From the human T2T-CHM13v2.0 reference genome, Homo sapiens: a stretch of DNA of 64,000 bases. The notes beneath the pieces are model-generated. The model saw only the letters and a program-made list of their open reading frames with translations. It did no database searches and was not told where the DNA came from. The position numbers and the translations under genes are program-made. Below are positions 1 through 23,080 of this stretch, piece after piece (the first letter of the stretch is position 1; each line of letters starts with the position of its first letter). The stretch lies in the NCBI RefSeq assembly GCF_009914755.1, contig NC_060928.1; one strand, written 5' to 3'.

Positions 1-3500
<3,500 letters not shown>

Positions 3501-3593
3501 CATGACAAATGACTTGCAGATGAATTGCAAGGAAACAGAATGAACATAAAAAGAATCTATATCAGTCAATTCAGTTAATATTCCTCCAGAGAA

Positions 3594-3888
<295 letters not shown>

Positions 3889-3889
3889 T

Positions 3890-4160
3890 AATTTATTACA
3901 AGGAAATTATTTATGCAATTGTGGAGGGTTGGTTAAGCAAGTCCAAAGTCTATAGGGCAAGCCATCAGGAAGCAAAGATTAGGAAGAGGTGGAAATACCA
4001 TAGGCATGGGCCAAAATCATCTACAGGCAAATTTCTCTCTCTCATTCTTTCCTTCTGGCCTCAATTATGATTTTAAGGCATTCCAAATGATTGCCATGAC
4101 AACCCACATTATTCAAGAGAATCTTACTTTCTGAAAGTCAACTAACTTGGATCATAATTC
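3890..4160 (-). mobile_element. MLT2-like ERV-L LTR fragment
   Basis: 'tttattacaaggaaatt...attgtggaggg...gcaagtccaaagtctatagggc' resembles the MLT2 reverse strand. Confidence 0.5.
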
Positions 4161-4199
4161 AAACAAATACAATGAAAAAAGAAATTGACCAGGAATTGT

Positions 4200-4392
4200 A
4201 AAATTAATGACATTAACAATGTATTGCTATTTCATCATGTTAAATGTTTAGAGTGCTTATATTGTCTCATATTTACTTTAAAATAGTATAAGAGAGAAGA
4301 AAATAGGTAGGGGAATAGATGAAATAAAAATGACTACAACTTCATGATTGTTGAAACTGGATGACAGGAACATGGGAATTCATTGTACTAAA
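4200..4392 (+). mobile_element. Old L1 (L1MD/ME-like) 3' end fragment
   Basis: 'ttgttgaaactggatgacaggaacatgggaattcattgtacta' is typical of old L1 3' UTRs. Confidence 0.5.
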
Positions 4393-4692
4393 CAGTAGCC
4401 CCCACTTATTTACAGGGAATACATTCCAAGATGTATAGTACAAAACCCTCCTCATATTGTTTTTTTTTCCCATGCATACAAACCTAGGATAAAGTTTGAT
4501 TTATAAATTAGGCACAATAAGAGTTTAACAACAATAACTAGTAATAAAATAGAACTGTTATAAAAATATACTATCATAAAAGCTATTTTAAACTTATGAA
4601 TTGTTTATTTCTGGAATTTTCCATCTAATATATTTGGACCACAGTTGACTGTGGTCCACAAAATGAGAAACTGAGGATAAGGAGGGGTGGTT
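4393..4692. mobile_element. Tigger-family DNA transposon MITE (MER44/Tigger7-like)
   Basis: TIR-like ends 'cagtagcccccacttat' and 'ggataaggagggg'; internal 'ataaagtttgatttataaattaggcacaataagag'. Confidence 0.7.
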
Positions 4693-5536
4693 ACCATATT
4701 GGCTTCTATATGTTTAAAATTGATGAATATTTTTAAAAATGAGTCGGGAACATGTCATAACTGAGTCAGAACACTGGTGCTATTGGACAGCTTTATAGCC
4801 AAGAGCCCAAATATGCAGCATGCATCTGCCACCCATGAGCTGCTGCCAGCTCCACCCCCGCAGCCAAACTCCTCCAGGTGCTCCCCAGGACTTCTGCTTA
4901 TTCTTACTCAATCTTTTTGAGCTGGTGGTAAACAATTTCTTTCAGAGGAGTTACTCATACCAGAGTTTTGGAAACCTCCTTAACTATTCCACAGATCACA
5001 TCTTCCCATGAACACAAACATTTGGAAAAAAAAGATGGCCGGATCTGACTGGGGAAATAACAATGCATAGACTGATCTAATTTTCCTCCAAAAACCAGGA
5101 CCATGCTGATTAGTCTGGCTCACCCTCTGTGGCTCCTTCTTTTCTCATTACTCATAATGATCCTTTTTGTTTTTACCTCACAAACTGTATTTTCTTTCCT
5201 ACCGTATGACTTTCTTTAGGACCTCACCTATTCAAGTGTGAACACTAATTGTGGATCAGGTTAAAGTTCCTTGAAGCTCCCTAAGCAATTCCAAGTTAGA
5301 ATATGTATTCGGGCCTCTGTCTTTGCATTTTGAACTTTGCATAGCAGCTATTTTTTCAGAATGTACTCTAACAGATATGAAGCTCAACTGCCCATGGCAA
5401 TACACTATTCTCTAGGAGGGCTGTTGATTAAATCCTTAAGTTGGCTCAGACCAGCAAATATACCGAGTCAAATCTGCAAGGGCCAGAACATTCCTGGTGA
5501 ACCTTGTAAATATGAGGCCATAAATTTGAGGTTAGA

Positions 5537-11173
<5,637 letters not shown>

Positions 11174-12138
11174 GAATTTTGAGGTTAGAAACTGCATGTA
11201 AAATTTCCCCAACGCCTCAAAATGATCGACTCTAATAATCATCCCTTCTAATCCAGCAGCCCATACTTTTGCAATTACCAATCTTTCTGACCCAAGCCTG
11301 ACCCCTCTAATACCCTACATTATAAAAGTAACCCCTCGACAGGAGGTTCATCTTCATTCAACAATGAGGCAATAATCAAGAAAAAACTTGAAGACCAAAA
11401 GGCCAACAGGAGTTCACAAAATTCAATTAAGTCTGTTAGTTTTGAGAACAGATCAAAGAGGTTTAAAAGTATTCCATAAAATTCAGCTCATAAAGAACTG
11501 TTTTCATTTTATCCTTCCTTCCCTGTGTTTCCCAAAATATATACCTCTATTATAATAATGTCTTACTCTTTGGTATTCACCAATCTCAAGCCAATGATAA
11601 CTATATTTTTCTGACCAATTTTTAAATATTCCCATATGCTTAGCTCTTTTGCCATTGTTAACATTCATTTTCATTTCTGGATCAACCTATCTATGTTTTC
11701 CTTCCTTTGTTCCAACCTTATTGAACATTTCTTATTAAACACCAGGCACTGGGTATATCATAATGAAAATACAGACCTTGTCACCACCCCTAATATTTGC
11801 CATCTAAGGAAAACACAGATAAGTAGCAGGCAATTGTAATAATTGCTGTGATTGTGGACATAGTAACATACAGAATGACTACATCAGAATCATGTACGTC
11901 ATGCCTAACCTGAATTTAACACATCAGCAAACCCTTGTGTAAGGGAGTAATGCTTAAGCTCTGTATGTCATGGGATGCAACTGTGATTTGCCCCTCTCAC
12001 AAGCAGTTTAAATTGGTGGGATGGGAGTCAGAGTGGGATGTGAAGCTACTGTTGTAGGGGTGGGAAACATGAATCCCTTTTGTCCTTGACAATTCCAACA
12101 CAGTTTGCTACAGAGAACATTTTTTTTTTTCCTCCTTA

Positions 12139-12270
12139 CATGGTCAATTTTCTGTGTCAGCCTGACTGAGTCACAGAGTGCCCAAACATTTGGACAAACA
12201 TTATTCTGAGTGTGTCTGTGAGAAAATCTTGAGTAATACAAATGGATCTGATGAAATGGGATGTAACTAT
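12139..12270 (+). mobile_element. MLT2 LTR 5' fragment
   Basis: 'atggtcaattttctgtgtcagcctgactg...gtgcccaaacatttggacaaacattattctgagtgtgtctgtgag'. Confidence 0.65.
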
Positions 12271-13039
12271 GTGTGCTTTCCAGCATCGAAGGCAGTTTGT
12301 AACTTCTGAAGAATGTAGAGCATTTTAATGCTATTTCCATCCCCACCCACAGCCCACTGATTAGTATTTCTTTTTTGTTTTTAGAAATAATTATTCCTAG
12401 AGCAAGATCTACCTGCTGTGTTATTTGCTCAGATTTGTCTTTGAGGCAAAAAGAATTCTGGACCCTAAACGAGTCCTCTTATGTGGGTCATTTTTTTAAT
12501 ACTATGTGTCTGTCATATTTATTTTTCAACAGCATACAAGAAGCTAAAATATTATAACTTTTGTTTTCGGTTGCTAGGGTTATAAGGATAGCAGTAGCAA
12601 GTTCAGAAATACCATATACCATTATGCAAAAGTGACAACTATATCTATTCACTGACTTTGACAAAACAATAAAATAAAAGAACATTACTTGAAGGAATGC
12701 AGAAAATTAGCTTTTGCTATTTGCAATCTCCATATCACAATTCTTAGTGGTTAAAAAGATTCTGGCAAACAAATAGAAAGCTTGTATCTACATTACCCTC
12801 CTTGACACAATAAATACTTGATCACATTTATCCTTATGGTGGAGATTTTTTTCAAAAAGACATTACATATGAATGATAAACTGTCATTTTAACCATGTTT
12901 CAGCCCACAGATATTAAATCTAAGTAGCTTTTGATATTTCTACATCCTAAAACACACCCTTCTTCTATGCTTTTTGCCGCCTCTACTAAATGGAAAACAT
13001 CTAGTACTAAATCAGTGCACATTGGTAGAGATGAGAAAC

Positions 13040-13665
13040 ATGCACTGTTGGTGGGAGTGTAAATCAGTTCAGCCATTGTGGAAGACAGTGTCATGATTCC
13101 TCAAAGACCTAAAGGCAGCAATACTATTCGACCCGGCAATCCCGTTACCAGGTATACACCCAAAGGAATATAAATCATTCTGTTATAAAGAGGCATGCAC
13201 ACATATGTTCATTGCAGCACTATTCACAATAGCAGAGACATGGCATCAACCTAAATGCCCATCAATGATAGACTGGATAAAGAAAATGTGGTACACATAC
13301 ACCACAGAATATTATGCAGCCATATAAAAGAAGAGGATCATGTCCTTTGCAGGAACATAGATGGAGCTGGAAGCCATTATTCTTAGCTAACTAACACAGG
13401 AACAGAAAACCAAATACCATATGATTTCACTTTTAAGTGGGAGCTAAACGATGAGAACACATGGACACATAGAGGGGAACAACACACACTGGGGCCCTTT
13501 GGAGGGTGAAAGGTGAAAGGATCTAGACTATGGATACTAGGCTTAATACCTGGATGATGAAATAATCTGTACAACAAACCCTCATGACACAAGTTTACCT
13601 ATGTAACAAACCTGCACTTGGACCCATGAACTTAAAATAGAAGTTAACCTCCCCCCAAAAAAAGA
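13040..13665 (+). mobile_element. 5'-truncated L1PA (older L1PA13-16-like) 3' end
   Basis: ORF2 C-terminal 'cactgttggtgggagtgtaaat' and 3' UTR 'gtaacaaacctgcac...aacttaaaata'. Confidence 0.85.
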
Positions 13666-16600
13666 CATTAGGAAGATGCATATGTTAATTCTAATTTAAT
13701 TCTTTATGGTTGCATAATTAATTTATCAATGATTCCTGAATTTACCTGGGCCTTTAGTATGAAAAATAAAGATTCAGCTAGAGAAAGGAAAGACATATGC
13801 CAGACTCATTAATTTTTTTAAAATATATATTTACTTGTAAGTATAAATTCTGTTGAATTTTAGTTTTAGATATTTACTGAAATTCAGTAAATATCATATT
13901 GAATTGAGGTGGCAGTGCAAAAATAGTTACAAAAATAGTTATTTTTCTCTTCCTTTCCAACTGCTCTCTATGACTTTGTATTCCAAAATTCACTTTTTAC
14001 TACTGACATGCAAAGGCAACTAACATTGCCAAGGTATATCAATTCTCACTATGTTCAAAATCTTGGAGAACTGAAAAACAAAGATGGCTTTTTAATTGGT
14101 AAAAATCAAACATGTATTACTTTGATGGTACTTTTAGAGTTAGTCTCTGGAACCAATACATCAAATTCAAAAACCATTCTCACCTAGAAAAAGAATAAAT
14201 GCAAATAAATGACATGAATGAAATTCATGAAATAAAAGTGCAAATGGACTTTGAGCTTCAGCAGTCAGATGTTTGTTTATAGGATGATGTTCAATGACTC
14301 AGAAAAGCCTGGCTAGCCGTGAATTCCCTGCACTGCACTCAGCTCTCCTCAGCTGCTCCCCTTCTGGAAGCAGCTCCATCAGGTAAAATTATGTGCCCGT
14401 AGGAGACATGAAAAAAAGAATTATGTAAAGTGGCAAGGCAAGGTCTTGCCCACAGGAGTGACAAATCAGAGAAATTGCACTCGTTCTAGCATCTTGGGAG
14501 ACCCTACGACCCCACGTACCTTTTCCCTAGCACTAACTCAGAGACATTTCCTTTGCAATACAGAGGTAGCTTAGTTTTCTTTAAAGACTCACTCTTTCCA
14601 CGCATATAGCACCTGATGACAATCTCCAACTCTTATCCAGTCAAGAGTATGAAATTCGCCTTCCTCACTTTCACAACTATCCATTGGCAAAACTGTACTC
14701 ATTTTAAGTTTTTTTTTTTTTTTTGGTCATCAGGATTTTCTCACTTCAGCCTGTCTTTGATACTGATTTGCCAAATATCCACTTGTCTAATATTTTGAAT
14801 GATTAGAGAGTATTTAAGTTGTTTGAGATTCTATAGGCTCTGGGGTCATGATGGTTGCAAATAACTTAGATTGAGTTATTTGTCTTGGAGTTGGGCAGTA
14901 TTTGGTACTGAGTAACACAAAGCCACTCGTGTCTCATATTAATTCTTGATATGTGTTTCTTATTTTGAAAAAAATCTTGATGTTGCCCATACCATAAGGC
15001 CTTATTTCCACCAATTTGAGCTTCAGCTGGAGCCGTTTCTAAAGAGGCAGCCAGTTTTGGTGAGTAGCATTATTCCTGTATAAATAACAGATGCAGAGAA
15101 AAGAGCAGGGTATGTGGTAGTTAATACAGTCATCACTCACATACTTGGAATCCTTGAGGGGGGAAAACAAACATGTAACACACACACAGAAATGGATGCT
15201 AATGTACCATCTTGCAAATGATCTGTACTCCCAAAAAAGGAGAAAAAGAAAACTCTTTTAAAACAAACATGGCGTAAGGATCAGATCTAACCTATTCTTC
15301 TATGCAAATATGAAATGGAAGTTCTTAAAAAGACAAATATGGAAGTTCTCGCAAAGAAATTTTCTGACACATACCTACATCATGGCAAAGATGGAGAAAA
15401 ACTTAAGGAAATTAATTTTGTAAGAAGCAAAAATTAACTTGCATCCTGCAGTAAGATGAATCCTATCCTTAATAATTTGTAACAATTACCCATGTTCTTC
15501 AGTGTCTACAATATGAATTCCAAATCTCTGATTAGGCTGTAAAGAATTATCCAAATAAATAGTAGTACTTCAACATTCAGTCACCAAAATGCTTACTGGA
15601 GTGTCTCAAAGCAATCTGCACATTAGTGAAAAGGAAAACCTAACTTGACCTTAGAAACACTTGAAAGTATTCTCTTACAGAATACTGATGTGAACATATG
15701 GGTCACATATAACTGATCAGGAGTCTTTTAAGTAACACTGTCCTTGAGCTATTGTATACAATGGAAATGTTTATCGAGGTTAAATTAACAATTAGCACAG
15801 CATTCATGTTTCTAATAGGAACAACCTGTTTTTAGATTGGACTTCAATCACTGTTACCATTATGTGGTACTGTGTTTCTGACCCACAGAAACACTTACTG
15901 TGTTTCTGACAGTCCAGACAAGTCCATGGGCACAGAGGACAATGCAGAAGAGAAAAAGTAAAATCGAATCACAGGCAGCAATGTACAGAGTGCATTTGAA
16001 AGTGTAAATCCCTGAAGAGGAATTCATTACTTAGCTTTGAGTTTCCAACTATATCAATTTCCTAGTGGAACATTAGTATAGAATCTAGCCTTTGTTGAGA
16101 GAAAAAAGGGGTTTTCTAAGTTTCAAAGAGTGTTTCTTTTGTATAACAAGAACAAAGCTTAGAGACAAAGTAGACCATACCAAGGTTATCACATAAAAGA
16201 GACCCCCGACTAACCACTGACAGGAATCAGGGAAGGCTTCTAGCTTTGGCCAGGTGGGCAGCAGAGCAACGCAGAGACAACGCATCCTCTAAGGGGGCCC
16301 AGAGTGGGGTAAAAAGGCAGCGGGAGGAGCAAAACCACAGGGAAAGTTCAACAAAAGCATAAGGGCCTTGTTTCCTGTTTCAACTTGATGCTCCAGGAGT
16401 TTCCCAGCCATTAGATCAGCAGGAATAGTTGTGCCAGTGCAAAATGTCAGTTTTAGAAAAGTTAAGAAAATTAAAATTTGCACATATGAGGTGAATTCAG
16501 AACTTGCCTCTAATATTGCTGATTTCTGGTAGCTTACCTCCCATTGATTTGCTAGACATATAACTTCTGTTTTTTCCTCTCTTGATCTAACCTTCTCTAT

Positions 16601-16674
16601 ATTAGCTGCTTTGGGTTAGGGCCTTTATGTGCAACAATGTATTTTTGGTATGACTTTGCTCAGCAATGAAGGTC

Positions 16675-17117
16675 ATATTAGTTTCCCAGTGCTGCCTTAA
16701 CTAAGTACCACAACCTGGGTGGCTTAAAACAACAGAAATGCGTGATCTCAGAGTTCTTGAGGCCAGACATCTGAAACCAAAGGTTGGTGGGACCACGCTC
16801 GCTCTCAAACCTGTAGGGAAGATCCTTCCTTGCTTCCTCCTGGCTTCTTGCAGTTTGCCAGCAATCCTTCGTGTTCCTTGGTTTGCAGCTGCAACATTTC
16901 AATCTCTGACTCTGTCATTACATGGTGCCTTTCCCTCTTGTCTCCAGTTTTTTCATTCTAAGACCACTAGTCATCCTGGATGAGGGCCTACCCTCATAAT
17001 CTCATCTCATTTCAATTACACCAGCCAAGACCCAATTTCCAAGTAAAGTCACACTCAGTCACCAGGGATTCAAGCTTCAACATATCTTTTTGGGGGTCAC
17101 AATTCAACACATAATAG
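16675..17117 (-). mobile_element. MLT1 (MLT1C-like) MaLR solo LTR
   Basis: 'tattagtttcccagtgctgcc...aagtaccacaacctgggtggcttaaaacaacagaaat' through 'aattcaacacataata'. Confidence 0.8.
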
Positions 17118-17344
17118 AGGTAAAAAGAAAAAACAAACAACAAAAAGAAACTCCTCACATATTTCCTCTAAGGGAATAGCTAAAGTCCCCAGTTCTATTT
17201 GTAATCGAAGAAAAACTGGTATATAGCATTGTACAGGCCACACAAGCTCCCTGAAAAGAGCTGGTAATTTCTCCAGAAATACCCAGTTTGCCTATAGTTT
17301 GGAACAGCTGTAGTGAACCATCACAGCCAAACCCTCATTCTTTC

Positions 17345-17667
17345 TCTTTTTTCTTTTCTTTTCATTTTTTTTTTTTTTTTTTTTTTTGAGACACAGTCTC
17401 GCTCGCTCTGTTTGCCCAGGCTGGAGTGCAATGGCGCACTCACTGCAACCTCCGCCTCCCAGGTTCAAGCAATTCTCCTGCCTCAGCCTCCCGAGTAGCT
17501 GGGATTACAGGCATAGACCACCACACCCTGCGAATTTTTGTATTTTTAGCAGAGAGGAGGTTTCACCATGTTGGCCACACTGGTCTTGAACTCCTGACCT
17601 CAAGTAACCTGCCCACCTCAGCCTCCCAAAGTGTTCGGATTATAGGCGTGAGCCACTGCGCCCGGCC
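17345..17667 (-). mobile_element. AluS-like SINE
   Basis: Reverse Alu with long T tail; TSD 'tcattcttt' on both sides. Confidence 0.92.
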
Positions 17668-17839
17668 TCATTCTTTTTCAATGTATAGTTCCCATGATAT
17701 TCACTGTAGATAAATCTTTTGTATTATCTAGCTTAAGATTCACCAAAAAAAAAAAAAAAAAAAAAAGGGACTTATAACCTGGTGGCAGTGACAAGTAGTC
17801 TCAACCTTGCCGGAATTCAGGAAGTCACTAAAGCACAGC

Positions 17840-18340
17840 TGTGGCAGCCAACCTCCAAGGCAGCCCTTGTGATCCACCTCCTGAAAGAGCCTTAGGTAGC
17901 CCCCTCCACATTGTATCAGGTTGGTCTATGTGACCAAGAACACACAGCAAAAATGATGGCATGTCACTTTCATGTTTAGCTGATACAAGATTGACTTCCA
18001 TCATGGGTGTCTTCTCTCTCCACTCAGCTCTCACTCTGGGAGAAGCAAGCTACCACGTTGTGAAAAGCCCTATGGAGAGGCCCACATGATGAGGAACTGA
18101 AGCTTTCAGCCACCAGCCAGGGAGGAATGGAGCCCTGTCAGCAACCATAGGAATGAACTTGGAAGCAGATTCACCAGCAACAGCCTAGCTCTGGTCAACA
18201 GCTCTAACAGCCTCATGAGAGACCTGGTAGCAGAACCATGCAGATATGCTGCTTTTTGATTCCTCAGAAACTGTGAGAGAAAATAAATGTTTGTTTTTTA
18301 AAACTGCAAATGTGGAGATTATTTGTTACACAGCAGCACA
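17840..18340 (+). mobile_element. MLT1E/F-like MaLR solo LTR
   Basis: 'tgtggcagccaacctccaag' start; 'cagaaactgtgagagaaaataaatgttt...tttgttacacagca' end. Confidence 0.75.
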
Positions 18341-19921
18341 GTGCTGCTATCTTGAGCTGAAGTTGTTCCAGTCACATTTCTTTCCCTCTGCTTTCCAGCC
18401 TCTTTTTTCACCTGAAGGATGATAGGATTTCTCTCTACTCCTAAGGAAAAAGCTTCTGAATAATCTCATTTTTATTATTTCAGTCCTAAAATAGGCTGGA
18501 TTTATCAATTAAGAGAATTATCTAGCTATAAATACAACTTTTGATGACAAACATGAACTAAATAGTTTAGTAGTGAACCTTATTTCATGGAGAAATAAAG
18601 TAGTTCTATTTTTTGTTTTTTAGAAAATTTCCAAAAAATTTATTTTTCCAAATCTGTCTTCCCACTTAATTGGCACCTGAATTCAAGTGACCCATTCTGC
18701 AGTGGTATCCAATAAACTTGTGCCCCCTAAACTATCTATTTCCCATGCCAACTCTTAGCCTTGCTGGCACATGCAGAATCCACCTTCAATTCCTCTAGGG
18801 TACCAAGAACATGTTGGGGAGTGGTGATCCTGACCCTCCTTCAATCAGTCTTTAGCCTTAGTCTTTAGTCCTTACTCCTTTTCTTCTCTGATAGTATCCA
18901 AGCAGTTAAGTAAACCAGTACCTCACAGACATCTGCCTGGGAAACAAAATTCTAGTGTCCATTTACTGCGGTATGGCAAATTTTACAGAGCATTTCTCTT
19001 TAGGACCTTAGCATCACTCATCACTCTATTCTCCCCTTTGCAGGTAAGGGAAGCCATACTTTACAAATGCTCTACATGGCCAAACTGTGATTTCCATCTC
19101 CCTCTCAAGTCTCCCCTTAACCTAGAGGGACATAGTGGGATTGGTAGTGTCAGTTTAGCTAAACAGCATCTCTCGCCAAGCTTTGCAATTATCGTTGAGT
19201 TCGCTGAGCCTAAAATACACAATTCTTGGTGTCTTTTTATAACTGAGGACCCTAGTAATCAGTTCTTGTATTCTGCATACACCACCATCCATTTACATGG
19301 TAAAAATCCCAAATCAAATTCAGGACCAAATGCAAGGCCCTCTTGTTGCAATCTGATGGTTTATTTCTACCAACCAGCCATCTCTCACTGACTTTTCAAC
19401 ACAATTAGAAAAAGTCCTCCCAAACACATAGTTTTGAAATTCTACATTGAATGACACAGTTCTGCAAATCTCCCTTCCATAAGCTGCCTACCCTGAATGC
19501 TCTTTCAGGAAGCTTATTCAGATGATCACTCTGATACTCTCACACAGTATAATCTTTACTGTCTAGCTGAAAAGCCTGTTCTTGAATATTACAGCCCTAG
19601 CAATTAGGAGCTCAGATATGAATAACTTCTGTCTTCCCCACATCTCTCCCTCACAGATTACACCCACTCCCAGCACCATCACATCCCTCTAATAGTTTGA
19701 AAACAAGATGAGAGCGACCTAGCCTAGGTAGGCTTAGCTGTGCACACGTCCATGCCACCCAATCTCAGATTTGTTCTGAATATTCTATTAGGAGTCCAAA
19801 CCCAGAAAAAAACAGTGATATTATATTATGAAACATATTTAAATAATCCAGAGAATGGTTCAATCATCCTTCATTTTTCCCCTCAGGCTTCCAACGTGCA
19901 TACACAGTTCACCTGGAGTGA

Positions 19922-21542
<1,621 letters not shown>

Positions 21543-22081
21543 TTGGGATTACAGGCGTGAGCCACCGCGTCCGGCCTCACAGTTGTTTTTCCACAGAGAA
21601 AATACAGAAAGAAAAAGAGCCCTCGGGTTCCAAACATCGTTGCAAACCAAGGATTTTCAGAGGTTGTTAGAAAATGGTTCTACCTGGTCAGGCCTAGGCC
21701 TCAGATGGAGAAAACTGCAATACAGGCAATACTTTTCTTGCTAAAATACCAACTCTTGTAGCTGAACTTCAGTTTATTATTATGTAAAAAGTACCTGCTT
21801 CTTTCCTCTACCTTCCACCTCCCTAACTTCTGTTCCCATTGTCTTTATGGACCAAGACCCTAGTGGAGTGGGTGGGTGAATGTTCCACCCCAGGAAAGGT
21901 GTGAGATGGTAAAAACAATTCTATATACTGAGAAACTCGACATCTTCATGAACTATTAGGAAAAGATGTTTTCCAATGCCTGTTTAAATTATAGCTCTGG
22001 TATAATACCTTTATGGTATTTTATTCTAATGGTAATACGTGAAAAGAAAATGTGACTTTTAAACTGTTCTTTTAAAAATGA

Positions 22082-22102
22082 ATATATATATATATATATA
22101 TA
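22082..22102. repeat. (AT)n microsatellite
   Basis: About 10 uninterrupted AT units. Confidence 0.9.
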
Positions 22103-22779
22103 GTTGTGATGCATGCAAAAGAAATTGAACAAATATCATTGTCTTATATTGGATTGACAAGTTTATATTTCAGTATTCATTTAAGTTTTCTGGCAATAGC
22201 AACTGTTATCTACTTGAAAACCTTATCATACTCAAAGGCAAGATGTAGAGAAATATAATGATAATGAAAATATTTACTAATGAATGCTGTATTCAACTAC
22301 ATTAAAAAATTAATTAAATAGTACTTGTTTAAGTGGCAAGAATGGCCCCTTCGGTATAGAGAAATGAGAAAAAAAGAAAAGGAGACACTGAAAAAAATCT
22401 GGAAGTGAAACAGTGACAGCTGTCTCAGGGTAAAGAAAATATAGCTTGCTCCCCAATAGCTATCAGTTATTTGAAGACATGCCAGCAAGGTCTCCAAAGC
22501 TGCACTTTTCCTGTGCTATCCCAGTTGGGTGCACTTGCCTGAGGATACAAAAGGAAGAAAAGTTAGAATACCTCATCCGTCCCAGATAAATGCTATTGCC
22601 TAAGGAGATATAAGGGAAGAAGGGAAGATGGGAGAAAAGAACAAGTGCTTTTACAAAGGAATGAGTGTTGTTAATAACAAATGGAGCTCAAAAGACAATG
22701 AAACAGTATCTGTAAAGTATTAAGATCCCTCCTACTTTCTCATTCTCTGCAAATTCGTTACATTTTGCTCCATGTTGCA

Positions 22780-23080
22780 TATCACTTTTCCTCTTCTAGT
22801 TCATGGGAACTCATCTTCAAATCTTAGCTTAAGCATTTCTCATAAATTCGTCCTGATTTTGTCGTATTAGCTTCTTTCTGTCCTGTGTTCACGTAACATA
22901 CATTCATGCCCCAATTATAACTCTAAGCTCTATGTACAGTGTTTCTTTTAAATGCATTTCTTTCAACAAGTTTGTGAGTTCTTTGATGGCAGGTACTTTA
23001 ACTTATTCCTTTTTCTGTATGCTTTCCTGGTACATTGCCTGGCAGTAGTAGATGCTCATCAAATTGATTTAGTCATTCAA
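22780..23080 (+). mobile_element. L2 3' fragment
   Basis: 'tgtgagttctttgatggcaggtac...ttgcctggcagtagtagatgctcatcaaat' resembles the L2 tail. Confidence 0.5.

Noticed and set aside
18600-19750. Possible ancient ERV or Gypsy internal fragment, or 117-aa ORF 19038-19391
   Set aside because: No motif I can identify with confidence; needs an HMM search.
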